Made by a program: the position numbers and the translations under genes
The notes under the pieces: generated by a model
Databases searched by the model: none
Seen by the model: the letters and a program-made list of their open reading frames with translations, nothing else
What the model was told of the DNA's origin: nothing
From: Moniliella sp. 'wahieum'
Lineage: Eukaryota
Assembly: GCA_003971905.1 (NCBI GenBank)
Contig: RSEE01000010.1
Span: 620,001 to 684,000 of the forward strand
Length of the DNA stretch: 64,000 nt
Direction: 5' to 3'
Part shown: in pieces, positions 52,257-64,000 of the stretch
Numbering within the stretch: position 1 is the first letter of the stretch
How the letters are laid out: each line of letters opens with the position of its first letter

Positions 52257-55018
52257 ATGGCGACGACGATGCCCCCCGACACGCCCGATGCGGCGCTCTC
52301 TGACGTCGGCCCCTCCTGGCCGCGTGCGTCGCTGCTCGACCATCGCGCCAGCCAGCCGCTGGACCTCTCCCTTCTCGACGACCCCATTGCCGACACGTCG
52401 ATGCAAGACCCCCCGCCCGCGCTCCTGCCGTCGGACGGATTCGCGGCCGGGTTTGGGTCGCACGCGCCGCCGGACACCTACTCCCCTCTCAGTCGCCGTT
52501 GGATTCCCCCGACCGGTCCTCAGCCCGCACGCCCACGCCTCCACCGCCGGTCATCTCCTCGGCGCTCGACGATGGATCGGACTCTGCCTTTCGCCTGAGC
52601 CGGTTCGAGGGTTCTTCGGCCTGCCCCTGGCCCGCGGCAACGGCTCAAGTTTCCGCATGCAATCCCCTCCACTTGGCACCACCTCTGATCTAGCGCGGGA
52701 CGATCTGGTTACATTGCTCCTGTAGCCCCAGCGTGGCCCGCTCGCGCCAGATGCGCCTTCCCACTCTCGCCTATCCTTCCTCGCCAAGTTTGCATGGAGA
52801 GAAACCAGTGGATCGCCCCCTGCATTATGGCAAGGAACGCTATTCGCATTTCCTCCGGCGCTCCTCGGACGAGCGTATGGCCGCTGCCGGGAGAGCGGGA
52901 GATGCACGATCGTAGGGTGCCCACTGGGTTCACCCATCGTCTCTCGTCTGGGTCCGAGGTAAGTGGCGAAGCTCACCCTCACACCCACCGGCCTCGCCCT
53001 TGCCACACTCTCGATTTGCCTATGAAACGCCGCGACTGGCCAGTGACAAGCGGGTGCTCCGTTCTGCTGCCGCGGCTGCGTCGGTGGCCCGGCCGCCTCG
53101 GCCTACCCCTTGGTCGACTACCAAGACGCCCTTCCGGCACAACGTGTCCCAGTCTATGTCGACCCCGAGGAAGGTGGAGAGAAAGAGGATGACGCCTCGC
53201 TGTCTTTGAGTGACAAGGAAAACAAAGCCCCCCCTCTGGGGAGGCATCCTCATCCACGCCCCCCCCGCTCGCTTCCCACAATTTCCACCCCACCTCTGTC
53301 CCGTCCCTGTCCTCCCAACCCCACCAGATCCAGCACCCTTTCCAAAAGGAACAGCAGGGCGGCTCGGCCATGGTGCAAGGAATCTCCCATCCGGTGATGA
53401 CCTCGACCCGGGTCCCATTGCCCGGGTACGAGCTCGGAGCCGGGGCAGAAGAAGATGAGGCGGACAACGAAGAGCAAGGTCTCCCCTTGGCCCCCCGCCA
53501 ACCAAGTGGTGGGCCGGGACTGTCTACTTTGTTGGATAAAGGTTTGCGCGTCAGTAGCGCCGGAGTTGCGGAGATGGTTTCCAATTCGTCCCAGGTACCC
53601 TGCAGAACGGGGATGGCAGCCCGCGCAGTGTCCCAGCCACCGATGATCCACCAGCCTCTGTTCATAGCTCCTCCCGCTGCCACCTCCTCGAGGCTCGAGT
53701 CTCTCCCGATTGAGGAAGCGACCGCTGTGTTGGCACGAACGCCGGAGCAGGATAAGTTTGGGCTGTATGAGCGCGAAGTACTGGCTGAGGCAGCGCGGCA
53801 GGCGTCATACGAGCCCGAAAGGATTTCCCAATGGTTGGGGAAGAGTGCGGGCAAGGACTGGAAGGATTTCAAGCCGACAACGGTCAATGGCCTGCGCTAT
53901 CGCAAAATCCGCAAGGCGGGCGAAGGTGGCTTTTCCACCGTCTGGGTCGTCCGGGACCGTTTGAACGGGTGGATACCAAGCAAGAGTATCCCGAACGCCA
54001 ACAAGCTTTCTTTGCCATGAAGCAAGTCAACTTGAAGAAGCTCGAGCCTCAAAGCCGGGCAGATGTGCTGAAGGAAGCTGAGCATCTTGAAGCGCTCGCC
54101 TGCCGCCCAGGATACGACAAGTACTGCTTCGTTACTTTGCTCATAAGGCCAACGACAGTCATCTCAGATTGTACGTCTCTCTTTTCCCAGTTTTGCGTTT
54201 GCTGTCTTTTCTGACCGTCCCCCCCCCTCCTCAGCTAATTGAGCTTGGCGATTGTGACTTTTCCGACATTTGCGGCACCAGCAGCTAAGCTGGCAGATCC
54301 CCAAGACCTTTGGGCAAATGTGCGAGGCCGTTCATTTTCTCCATACTGCTGGAATTGTTCACACTGATCTCAAGCCGGCCAACTTTCTCGTGCTGGGACA
54401 GCATCAAGATTATCGACTTGGGCATCGCCCAGAAGATTCCCAAAGGCACCATCCACATCTCACTGAAGCCTTGGTGGGCCACCCCCAACTACATGGCACC
54501 TGAAACCGTCAAGCTTTCCCGTGCTGCGGCGGGGGGCGGCGGCGCGACCGGCCTTGTTCAAGGCTGGGATCGCATCGGACGTATGGGCAATGGGGTGCAT
54601 CCTCTACCAACTGGTCTACGGCCGCCCGCCGTTCGACAGGCTTACGGGGGAGGCCAAGCTGCGAGCGATTGTATCGGAAAAGACGGTGATTGAGTACCCA
54701 ACCAATCGACCCGCGCCCTATCCAGCTCAGCCGGGCGAGGAGGGAGAATTGGTCGATGAAGTGTTGCTGGACGCGATGAAGTCGGCATTGCAGTACCAGG
54801 TGGCGAACCGAGCGACGCTGCCTTCGCTTCTTGCCCACCCCTTCATGGCTCCCTACTCTCGTGCCACGGAGCAGGTGCTTGTGACCAGGGACACAATGTA
54901 CCTCTTCCTGACCCGCGTCCGCGACCTCGAGCGCGCTGGCCGGATTGTCCCAGGCACCGAGGCCAGCATGGTCGAGAACTTTTTCTATAAGATGCTCTCG
55001 GCATCTCAGGAGTCCTAG
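52257..55018 (+). CDS. Mps1/TTK-like Ser/Thr/Tyr protein kinase with a long disordered N-terminus
   Basis: VNGLRYRKIRKAGEGGFSTV, FAMKQV.L, MCEAVHFLH..IVHTDLKPANFL, KIIDLGIA.KIP..TIHI, GTPNYMAPE, SDVWAMGCILYQLVYGRPPF. Intron about 54171-54234. Confidence 0.85.
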
Positions 55019-55898
55019 CAAGGCCATCGGTCATCCTCCTCGTTTCGGGCGCTTGGCTGTACACCCCTCGTCGACGACGCAGCTTGATTTTGGTCGCCAC
55101 CCCCCTTTCACAAGTTTCTCTCTTTCGCTTTCTATAAGAGCATTCTTCTCTTCTCGGCAAGGTACTGGCACGCCGTACTCTCATCACTTCCTTCCCCCTG
55201 CATTGTATTCTTGAGACTTATGCTCTTTCTATATATCCTCCTCCCGCCGAGCCTGCGGGCGGCGCAGAGATGGGAGGTGCACGGGGGATGTGAGATGTAT
55301 GGGTACAGATCACTCTCAAGCAGCCGAGTTCCTCTGATGGAAGCGAGCCTTGGCCAGGGTGAAGTTGCTGCAGTCGGTGCCAGGGCAGCTTTCATATATC
55401 AGGGGGCTCCCATTCCTATTACTCCGCATATTCATACCTCCCTCGGTGTAACGGACAAACCACTATAGTATAGTCATTGTTCCTTTGTATACACGGGCGA
55501 GCGCGTTCCCAACCCAAACCAAGTTTTCAGAGAAGTGTTGGTATTTGGTCGTGTGACACATGTGATGGCTTGACGGTTTGAAACGATGCAAGTGGTTGCT
55601 GGGTAGCCGGAATGCCTGCTCGTATTTTGTAACACACTGGACCCACGCCATCCCTTCTTTTGTGGGGCCAGGCACAAAACCGGAGGAGGGGGGGGGGCGG
55701 CGTCCACAGCAGCGTCAGAGGGCGCTGGATAATTTTATGTCCTCTCCGCCATCTCATACACCCCCTCCATCCCATACCAGCCATACCTTGCCACATCTCG
55801 CAAGCCACTGACTCGCGGCACTCTCGGCGTTCCCGTTCCCGGCGGAGTGGTCCTGGCTCAGCGCTCTGGTCTCAGGCGCTCACACTCAGGACCAGACC

Positions 55899-56105
55899 GA
55901 GCGTTGAGCGCTGAGCGCGTTCAATGTTCAGCGCGCGTTGAATCTTGAGCGTTGAGCGCTGAGCGCGTTCAATGTTCAGCGCGCGTTGAATCTTGAGCGT
56001 TGAGCTTGAGCGCGTTGAACGTTGAGCGTTGAGCAGGCCGTTGAGAGGCACACAGCCTGAGCGCTGAACCATTGAGCCTCAACGTTCAACGTTGAGCGTT
56101 GAGCA
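55899..56105. repeat. TTGAGCG-based array containing a perfect 48-bp tandem duplication
   Basis: GAGCGTTGAGCGCTGAGCGCGTTCAATGTTCAGCGCGCGTTGAATCTT at 55899-55946 and 55947-55994, followed by degenerate TTGAGCG/TTCAAC units. Confidence 0.9.
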
Positions 56106-57168
56106 CATTGGACGCAGAAGACACACACAAGACCACGCGATGAAGCTTTAAGCTTGAAACTAGCTCTTGGAGCTTGAAGTTCAAGCCTGAAGTTCAAGTT
56201 GCTAGAGTGCGACTTGGGAGCACTCGCGATCCTATGGATCAGCTGCAAAGCAGCCTTCAGACAAGGTGTGAAGGCAAAGTGGTGAGCCACAAGTCTTCAA
56301 GCAACGTCTGAAGGGAAGGAGAAAGGAGAGAGAGAAGGGAGATGGAGCGAGCAGGGCGTGCGCGGCCTGCGAGCGGAACGCTTCCGCTCGGCTAGGCGAG
56401 CGTCACCGATCCATTGAGGGCCGCGCAGGAGAACCCTAGCAGTACCCTCTAACACAAGTCTCTTCTTTGAGGTGCATATGCCCGCGCTACCTCCCCTCAA
56501 AGGCAGTACTAGTATCTGGCGTTTCTGTATCTCGCTTTTTATGATACACTCTTTTGATACTCAGTAAGTAATAGTGGCTGGGGTCAGGACTCACAGTGGC
56601 CGACGGTAAGGATACGGCCAAGCAGAGAGTTGGTTCTGTACTCGCTGTTCGAATAGAGGCTTATTTCTTTTGGAGTAGGGCACTTAGCACGCAAGACATG
56701 TACTGTGGGAAAAGGATCAGTGGTGGTCAAATTGTTGTTAACATATAGTCTACCCAGACGAGGTATTCACACGTCACCACGTTTATCCTCCCTTGTTCTG
56801 ATGGTCGTTGATGTGTGGCAGGAATGCTACAGAGACGAGGGAAAAGTAGCAATGCAATGAAGATAAATGTTGAAATGGAGGAGTTAAAATGAGCAGTTGA
56901 AGCTGTAAAGATAAGCGCACGGTGTATAACGCAAAAGGGGAGCAACGGAGAAAAGGTGGGATGAAAGAGAGTGCGTGCTCCGGACCGATTAGCGGGTGTA
57001 AGGAAGAGGCAATGAAACGCAGAAGAAGTACAAGTACAGCAAAAAGTGAGGCGGATAGGGGGCAAACGAGCGAGGAAACAATTTGAGGAGAGAATAGAAA
57101 ACGGTGTGGATAGTGGGAAATGAGGAGGGGAGGAGCCAATGTGTGGGCTTTCCTCCCCAAGGGAGACT

Positions 57169-58056
57169 TATAGAGCCGCAACCCCCAAGCTTGAGGCGAA
57201 GTGGTGTGCTCGAAACCCAGAGAAGCGCGGCGAAGGAGGTTACCAATTGGGATACCCCCACTGGGCGTATGCCCGGCTGGGTCGGCGTCGGTCACGGCTC
57301 CAGCAGCATAGGCCGTATGAGGCGTGAGAACTGGAAGGGCACGGGCCTTAGTGGAGCGGATGCCTAACTTGGAGGAGCCGCGCGGTGGGTAGATACCCTC
57401 CAGGGCACGGATGAGGACCAGGAGGAAGCGCTGGATGGCGCGCGCGCGCTTGTACTCGTGCCACGAGAGTGAGCCGGGGTGGATCCAAGCAGTGGCGATG
57501 GCAGATCCGGAATGCAGGGCGCGGGGGTGGGTACCGTTTCGTCTGGTGGAGACAGGGCTCGCGAGGACATGAGCAATGGAAGGCCGGAAACCGATGCGGA
57601 CGAAGCAGAGGGACTGGACGCGTCGGTTAGGCGAGTGGCATGCAGGCCGGTAGTGGCACTGGGTGAGGCGTAGTGCGTGAGTCCAGATGCGAAGGACTTG
57701 GTGTCACTAGGGCTGGTGCGCAGGCCGTGCGATTGGAACGAGGGGGGGAGAAGGTAGGGATGATTGGTGCTGGCGCTGGTGCCCGTGCTCGCGTAGCTAC
57801 GCGGGCGGGCAGTTGATGGGGCGTGGCCTGCCCTATGACGACGGGAGGGGCGCAGACGGACGAAGTAGCCCAGGTCGGGTGCTGACCGCATGCGGCTGAT
57901 GCCCAACGCTGCCGAGCGCGAACGGAGGGGCCGCGGGGCAACACAGGTGTCGCGCACGCAAGAAAGGCGGGCCTGGTGTTGTGCCGGGAGGGTGGCCAGC
58001 TCACCTGACAGAGCGACATGCGTGCCAAAGCGCAGAGGCATGGGGTTGCGGTCCAT
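57169..58056 (-). CDS. Hypothetical Ser/Pro-rich protein, probably frameshifted
   Basis: GC-rich ORF from MDRNPMPLR (RMRSAPDLG) that plausibly continues by a frameshift near 57365 into TDADPAGHTPSGG..LLRRASLG; no family recognised. Confidence 0.4.
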
Positions 58057-60952
58057 GACGCGGACAGGGAGCGAGGCCGGGGGTGAAGCCGGTGAGGCTG
58101 GTGAGGCTAAAGAAGGTGGTGGAGATGATCGATGAAGCTTGCAGCGCCGAAATCCACAGTTGTGATGGTAAAAAGGAAAGCAAGCCGTGCCCCACACAGG
58201 CGAGATGCGTTGTCATTTTCCACTGTCCCCGTGCGTCCGAGCTGATTTTTGAGTGGCGCCCCCTCATGCATCGATCTATTGCATCATGCATCATGTTCAC
58301 ACATGCTCTTCGTCCCGTCGAGTCTGAGGGAGGCAGAACGACGCCAGTGTTCGGCCCAGTTGCGTCAGTTCACTGGTCACAACTCGCCGAAGTCACTAGT
58401 CATTAGTCACTGATCGCCGGTCACTGGTCACCGGTCACCCCGCTTCAGGCACAGTCTTGTCCACACGGGCAGGTCTGGTGGGGCGCGAGGCTGAGATGAT
58501 CGATCGATGAACGATGACTTCGATGACTAGATGACTCCGTTGACCACCACCAGTACACAGTACTCGGTGTACTCAGTGCAACCCATCGTACTCAGTACAC
58601 TCAGACTCAGTACTAGTCACTGTAGTCATTCATTGGTCGTCGCGCTCAAGCTCAACCCCCATCTGTCTGGCCGCTACCGGTTGCTAAGGCACTGGCCATC
58701 CACTTCTCTCTAACAGTGGCGCTGCGTGTTACTTCTATTCCGAACTGTTGCACGCTTCTGGCACTCAGTAAGGCGTACTGTCACGCACATGTCACCGCGA
58801 TGGGGAGGGAGGCATCGCATTTGGGGCGCATGCCTCGATGTCACATGTCACACAATGTCACAGTGGGTCCGTGTGCTGAGCCAAAGGAGGTGCAGGACTA
58901 TACTTCTCCACTTGCAGAGATGTGTTCTGCTTCAAGCTTCACCCCTCCCCCACAGCCGAACAAAAACAAGCGTAAAATGGCATCCATTCGGGTTTTCTCT
59001 CTTCTCCACAGCATGCCATTTTGGCAACCGCTTTTGACAGTAGCGGATGAGGATGCTGAACCACGACGAGGTGACCCGTATATATATAATTGTGCTTTTG
59101 GCAGAGAGTCTCCCCTCAGTCTTTGGTCCCTCTTCAATTCTTCAACTGCAAATGCCTTGGTTTTGGTTGGATGCACAAGTGCCGATCAGCAGAAGGTAAG
59201 CGTTGAGGCATCTCTTTCTTTCAGTTCAGTTTCGGGCCAATTTGTTTGTGGGCGAACGCGTCCACAGATTGGCACGTCCTTCTGTGTGTTTTCCACCAAT
59301 CAAAGAAAACATATGGCTCTGCATATCATACGATGTGGCGGATTCAGGCGCGGGGACATATAAAACCGGGGGCCCTGTGGAGTAGTCTGTGGAACTACCT
59401 CATGCCCCCCACCCCCCCCCCCCCCCCTACACGCCGAGAAGAGGGTCTTGGTTTTCTGTGTCTGATCCCGATTTGTTGTTGTTGGTCAAAGCTCGGTTCG
59501 CATGTTGGGTGCCGCTGCTGTGCCATCGTTCAATCATTCTCCGGGAAATCCATACCGCAACATCCATCATGTGCAAGGACGGATCCTCTTTAGGACCCCT
59601 ACAAAACGCAGTGAAGAAAAGCTCATGGATCGTCTGATTTCTCTCTGCTTCGGCTGCCCCAATAGTAGCGCTTGACTGTATATAGTGTAGACACCCCATC
59701 CGTCAAGTCGAGTTTCTCGTGAGATCACGCAACTGCAACTATATATGTTTTTCAACGGGGGCAAAAGTGCATTGATATGTATAGTGGGAAATGGCTGGAT
59801 ACCAAAAGGGGGGGGGGGGGCAGCTGAATGATGTCCAATGTAAGTACCGCGACCATCATGTATTCGCACCGTTGCAACATATGTCGGGGGGTGAAAATAA
59901 CAACAATTAAGGACTAGCTTATGCCTGTACGGCGACAAAGAAAATTGACCGCGCACGTGGGGGCACAGAACGCTTAGTAATATATTGAACGTCCGTACGG
60001 AGCCCGCTGTGCATCACGAGACTTAATGGTTCTGTTCGCAGGCCTTACGACTTGGTATATACACAACAGAGATTATTGTTTTGAGCCATTCTGTGTTCTG
60101 AAGGATGGTCTTCCCACTGGGCGTGGACGCAAGGCAAATGGTACCGGTCTGCACCTTGGACCCCATTATTATCATGAGCGTAAGTATAGAAAACGCCAAA
60201 TACAGGAAGACCGCAGGCCAGAACCGCAGGCAAGGAACATTTGCACGGGGAGAGGAGTATCTTTTGACGGCAGTGAGCATGAGACTTTGTTGTCTGCCTA
60301 GTCCTGGAAGAACTCTAAGAAAGCACAGGGGACTGAATGAGGTGCAAATGATGAAATGAAGCCTGAGAGTTAGGTCTGTGAGAGTGCACAGCAGTGTCCA
60401 TGAAGTGTAAATATAAGAGATAGATCCCGCGCAGCGGACGCTCTGTGGAAGAATAACGTGATACTGGGGGCAGTGTCCCGACGCGTAGAAGATATTTGGC
60501 TAAGGCCTGACAAGCGGAAAAAATGACTGACCATGTGGGGTTTCCGGGTGGTGACGCCGGTGACGACGTAGGACCCAGTGGCCAACACCTGCTCTCCGGC
60601 GATGACTTTGTACGGGCCTACTGAGAGAGATTCGAAAGGCGAGAGGTAAAAGGCCCCAGTCAACCAGCAATTAAATTGAAATGTGCAAACGACCCACCGC
60701 CCTGCCTGGTCTACGCCACCGCAGCGCCGGCTCTCGGGCATGTCTCGATCTAAACATACACATCCCACCATCACTAGTCACTGAGTGCCCTGGCCTCTTC
60801 CGAGACGATGAAACAGCAACACACGTCGCTTCAAAGATACCAATTGATTGAGCCAGCGTGAGAAAATGATTGCTAGTACCAGCGGACATATATGAGTGAG
60901 GCGATATTCAAAGGGACACACCCGACGCCAGCAACACCGCCACCTCATTTTC

Positions 60953-61808
60953 TCAGGGTTGCATGGCCATAACACGAGCTTGCGCCCGCACCCGCTTTCT
61001 GCGAAGCAAGAAGGGTAAGTAAACAATGTACAGTAAACAGAGGGAAGACAACCACGTACTCGTACTCGGCCTTGTTCTCGAGGTACACCTCATAGGCTTC
61101 AGCTTGGGCTGGGTCCGAGTTGTTGGGCTCCAGGAGAAGCGTTTGGATGCCCATCACAATCTGAAATGCAAAAATGTCAGCTAAGGAAGGCCAATACTGC
61201 ATGGTCCACAATATCAATGCTGTGGCTGCCAGTACACACCTGCTTAATCGTGATCGAAGGCTTCCACGCCTTGTCCTCATTCAGGATCGAAAGGCAGACA
61301 GTGCCAGAGGGGAAAACGTTGGGGTGGAAGAGCGGAGGGTCAAACTTGACCTTCGGTGGCTTCGCCGGGTATTCATCGGGAAAGTTCTGCCATGCAAAGG
61401 AACACGTTAGAATTACAGATCCATTCAACACCATCACCATCGCAGTATAGGGCTGGGCCCCGCACACGCACCATGACCAGCTTGTACATGCCTCCCGCCC
61501 ATGGAGTACCCTCTTTGCCGGGGATCCCAACCTCCCAATTTTTCATGTCCATCGTGCCATCCGGGAGCTTCTTGGGCCGCGCGTAAAACCCCTGCCAAGA
61601 GAAAAAGTAAGTTTTAGTATGTCCGAAGATGCATGCTAACCGGCAAGCTGATAGCGAGACGGGTCGGCCACGTACGAATGGGTGATCCTTGCGCCACGCC
61701 TTGCGCTCTTGGGTCAATCTGAATATGAACAAGGAGGTGAGGATGCAGTCCAAGTAACCTAGAAAGGGGCGAAGAACTCGAGACGCACCGAGTCAAGCAA
61801 AGGGACAT
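60953..61808 (-). CDS. UBC9: SUMO-conjugating enzyme E2 Ubc9
   Basis: Spliced [27 protein letters not shown]...[94 protein letters not shown]. Confidence 0.97.
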
Positions 61809-63074
61809 TGTACAAGTTGTTGGCTGCGCAGTTGATGGGAGGTGCAAACCACTACAACGGTGTTTGTCTGACGCGGTTTCTGGAGATTGGGCTGTGGCGG
61901 AATGCGACGGCCCATTTCCGCCCAGCGCAACCCTAGTAGGCGCGTTCTAGCAGCTTGCCCGGATTTTCAATTTCAACGTTGACAGCATCCGCTGGAGGCC
62001 GACGGGGCAGCGGCTTGGTGTTGTATTGGAGGTTCATTACATTCATGTCCCTGCTAACCCTCTGTAGGTGGCGTGGACTTATAAAGGCAGCTGTCGAGGA
62101 GGGGGGGGGGGAGTGATGCTCTTGAGCTTGTGCCCGGATAATGCTAACTATAGGGTGCAGCAATATGCAGCATGGCTTAGAGGGAGGACTCTGCCACAAC
62201 GAGGTACACCAAGTATTCGTGTCCATCCAATCCTCCTCGTTTTCCTCATCAAAATATCTTCTTGGTCTAAAACGTTGCCGGGAGTTGATAAGATGTTCTT
62301 CCGCCACTGTGCCCTCGATCTTTCCAAGTCCTCCACAGGCCCCGTCGTAATGTTCGAAAAGAAGACTTGCGTCTGTGGGGTCTTTGGCCGTTTTGACGGC
62401 CGAGGTGGAGGCAATAACAAAGAAATTTCTACTCTGACTAAAGGATGGAAGAGTAACCGAATCTCCCCGACGGTCTCCAAAAGGGGAATTGCTTGAAAGA
62501 GGGGTTGCTTTGGATGCCGAGATGTTCCGCGGTAAACAAAACGCGTGATACACACACACACACACACAAAGGGGTTAGAAAGATGTAGAGAAGTAGGGTC
62601 ATATGCACAGCTGGTGTGAGCATTATGCGTGTGTGGCAGGTCAAACCTTCACGGTGTGTGATCTTTGGGCACCAAATTGGATGGACCGTCTGGCGTATGG
62701 TGTGGCGTAGTACACCAACAAAGGTTTCATCGCAGTCGACGAGGATAATAACGTCACGAGACTTGTTGGCACATGATAAGACCCATATTTGATGCATTCT
62801 GAGCTTCTCTTGGGCGTGTTGCTGACGGCATCCATGAATTGACATGAATGTTGCCCCTTTGCCCTCATGGTCTTTTAGTACGGATGGGAAGCAGAGGAGG
62901 GGGGGTATAATATCATGGTGATATAGGCAGCAGAGGACAACAGAGGACGCCAAGAGCAATGTATAAGAAGATCAGCGTTAAAGAGAGTTACAATCCTTGG
63001 CTTCGTTAACGCAAAACATACCATCCTTTTGGCCTGATCAGGCCAGGTTATGTATCTTCTTTTGTAAACATGTG

Positions 63075-64000
63075 GTTTACAGAGAACGCCGGGACAAAGA
63101 AGCGTGCTAAACCTAAACCGACGTGCTCATCCGATGTGTATTGCTTGTTGGCGACAAACCCATTTAGGAAACGAGACAAACCTACCAGCATATCAAGACT
63201 TCTGCCGTCGGCCATCCGTCCCCATACCCGACTCGTGTGAATAGACGAATGAATCAAGAAGTAGACACCCGAACGGTGAACCATCTCCATTGAGACTCAG
63301 TAGTCAATAATTCTTTCCGTGGCGCCCAAACATCGATTCTTGCTCGCTATATTTTGGTGCCATAGTATCCTCGCGTCGTCAGAACCGAAGGGAAGAAGAA
63401 GGGTTTGGGGGCGTCCCTGATACTTGGTTTTCTTTTGCCATCGCTGCATTCTACGTGTTTTCCTGCATCCGAGCAGCAGCTCTCTTCCCGGCGTTCTAAA
63501 GATGCCGCGATATTCTCGTATAACACTCTGTTGTGGTACGCAGTCTTCATCGCCTCCTGCTTTCCCGAACCCCGCAACGTGTGTGGTACACCTCCATTCC
63601 TGATCCTCCGTATGCTCTACAAGTCCCATCACACTCTGTAGTCAGCACGCTTCGCCTTCTTCCCACGCCTCGTCCCATGCTCTTCCTCCCCAGTCAACTC
63701 GTTGGGATGTAGGTGTTAGGATGAAGCGCACGAGCTGGAGAATGAGCACCCGCACCACCTCGTGCAATGCACCGAATTTGGACCAGGTGCGAGTGCAAGA
63801 CATGTGCCAACCGAGAACATCATACCCCACACTTCTATATACGCTGCGTGGAACGGCACAAGATGCGGAGCTGAACACCAACCTGACCCCGCTTGTCAGT
63901 GAGCCGGAGGCAAGCAGCTGATGGGATGGAGGAGAGCCAAGTGTGGTTGAGTGCGTCGCTGTGTTCGACCACGTCGCCACCCTGGGTATCGTCAAGCTTC
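63075..64000 (-). mobile_element. Degenerate CRE-like non-LTR retrotransposon 3' portion (continues past the window end)
   Basis: HMSCTRTWSKFGALHEVVR..LQL and FPSVLTTRGYYGTK. The 3'UTR is similar to the first copy (GGGACA...GCTA..CTAAACCGA..TCATC at 30168-30210 versus 63088-63132). Confidence 0.82.

Noticed and set aside
55899..56105. CRISPR-like array
   Set aside because: The repeats are tandem without unique spacers, the context is eukaryotic and there are no cas genes
56690..56725. U3 snoRNA-like 5' end (AAGAC..TACT..AGGATCA)
   Set aside because: Box A is incomplete and no boxes B, C or D were found downstream
59950..60700. Short ORF fragments downstream of UBC9, and ORFs at 61933-62959
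   Set aside because: No recognisable motifs and interrupted by stops; I cannot distinguish a decayed gene or TE from intergenic DNA
63020..63065. U2 snRNA-like CCTTTTGGC..GATCA..GTATCT..CTTTT
   Set aside because: It lacks the GTGTAGTA branch-recognition sequence and the stem I 5' strand

Overview
GC-rich, gene-dense fungal genomic DNA. The short GT-AG introns with GTGCGT/GTACGT/GTAAGT donors and CTGAC/CTAAC branch points, and the gene content, point to a basidiomycete, probably Ustilaginomycotina-like (inference). Almost every gene is broken by single-base frameshifts, often at homopolymers, which most likely reflects an unpolished long-read assembly rather than pseudogenes. Recognisable genes in order: chitin synthase, divergent eIF4E, Smr/DUF1771 protein, Swc3-like/GATA protein, Img2/mL49, glycogenin, Sos7-like, OXLD1-like, COQ8, VPS45, YOP1, RPL34, WC-2-like PAS-GATA, calnexin, aldo-keto reductase, acetylglutamate kinase, DUF3405, YEA4-like transporter, tRNA-Ala(AGC), Zn2Cys6 factor, Mps1-like kinase and UBC9. 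Mobile DNA comprises one young full-length Ty1/copia element (near-identical LTRs, AAGTC target-site duplication) and three truncated CRE-like non-LTR relics. Best leads: (1) the copia element appears to express Pol by UAG readthrough (stop, 8-nt spacer, stem-loop) and has a non-canonical, anticodon-arm-like primer-binding site; (2) COQ8 appears to run without an intergenic region into an OXLD1-like protein through a presequence-like linker, suggesting a mitochondrial polyprotein; (3) an Smr nuclease combines a prion-like Q/N/G/Y domain with a CaaX box; (4) a Swc3-like protein carries a GATA finger; (5) an unexplained hairpin-dense region sits next to a TTGAGCG repeat array. Gene ends are approximate where frameshifts obscure them.
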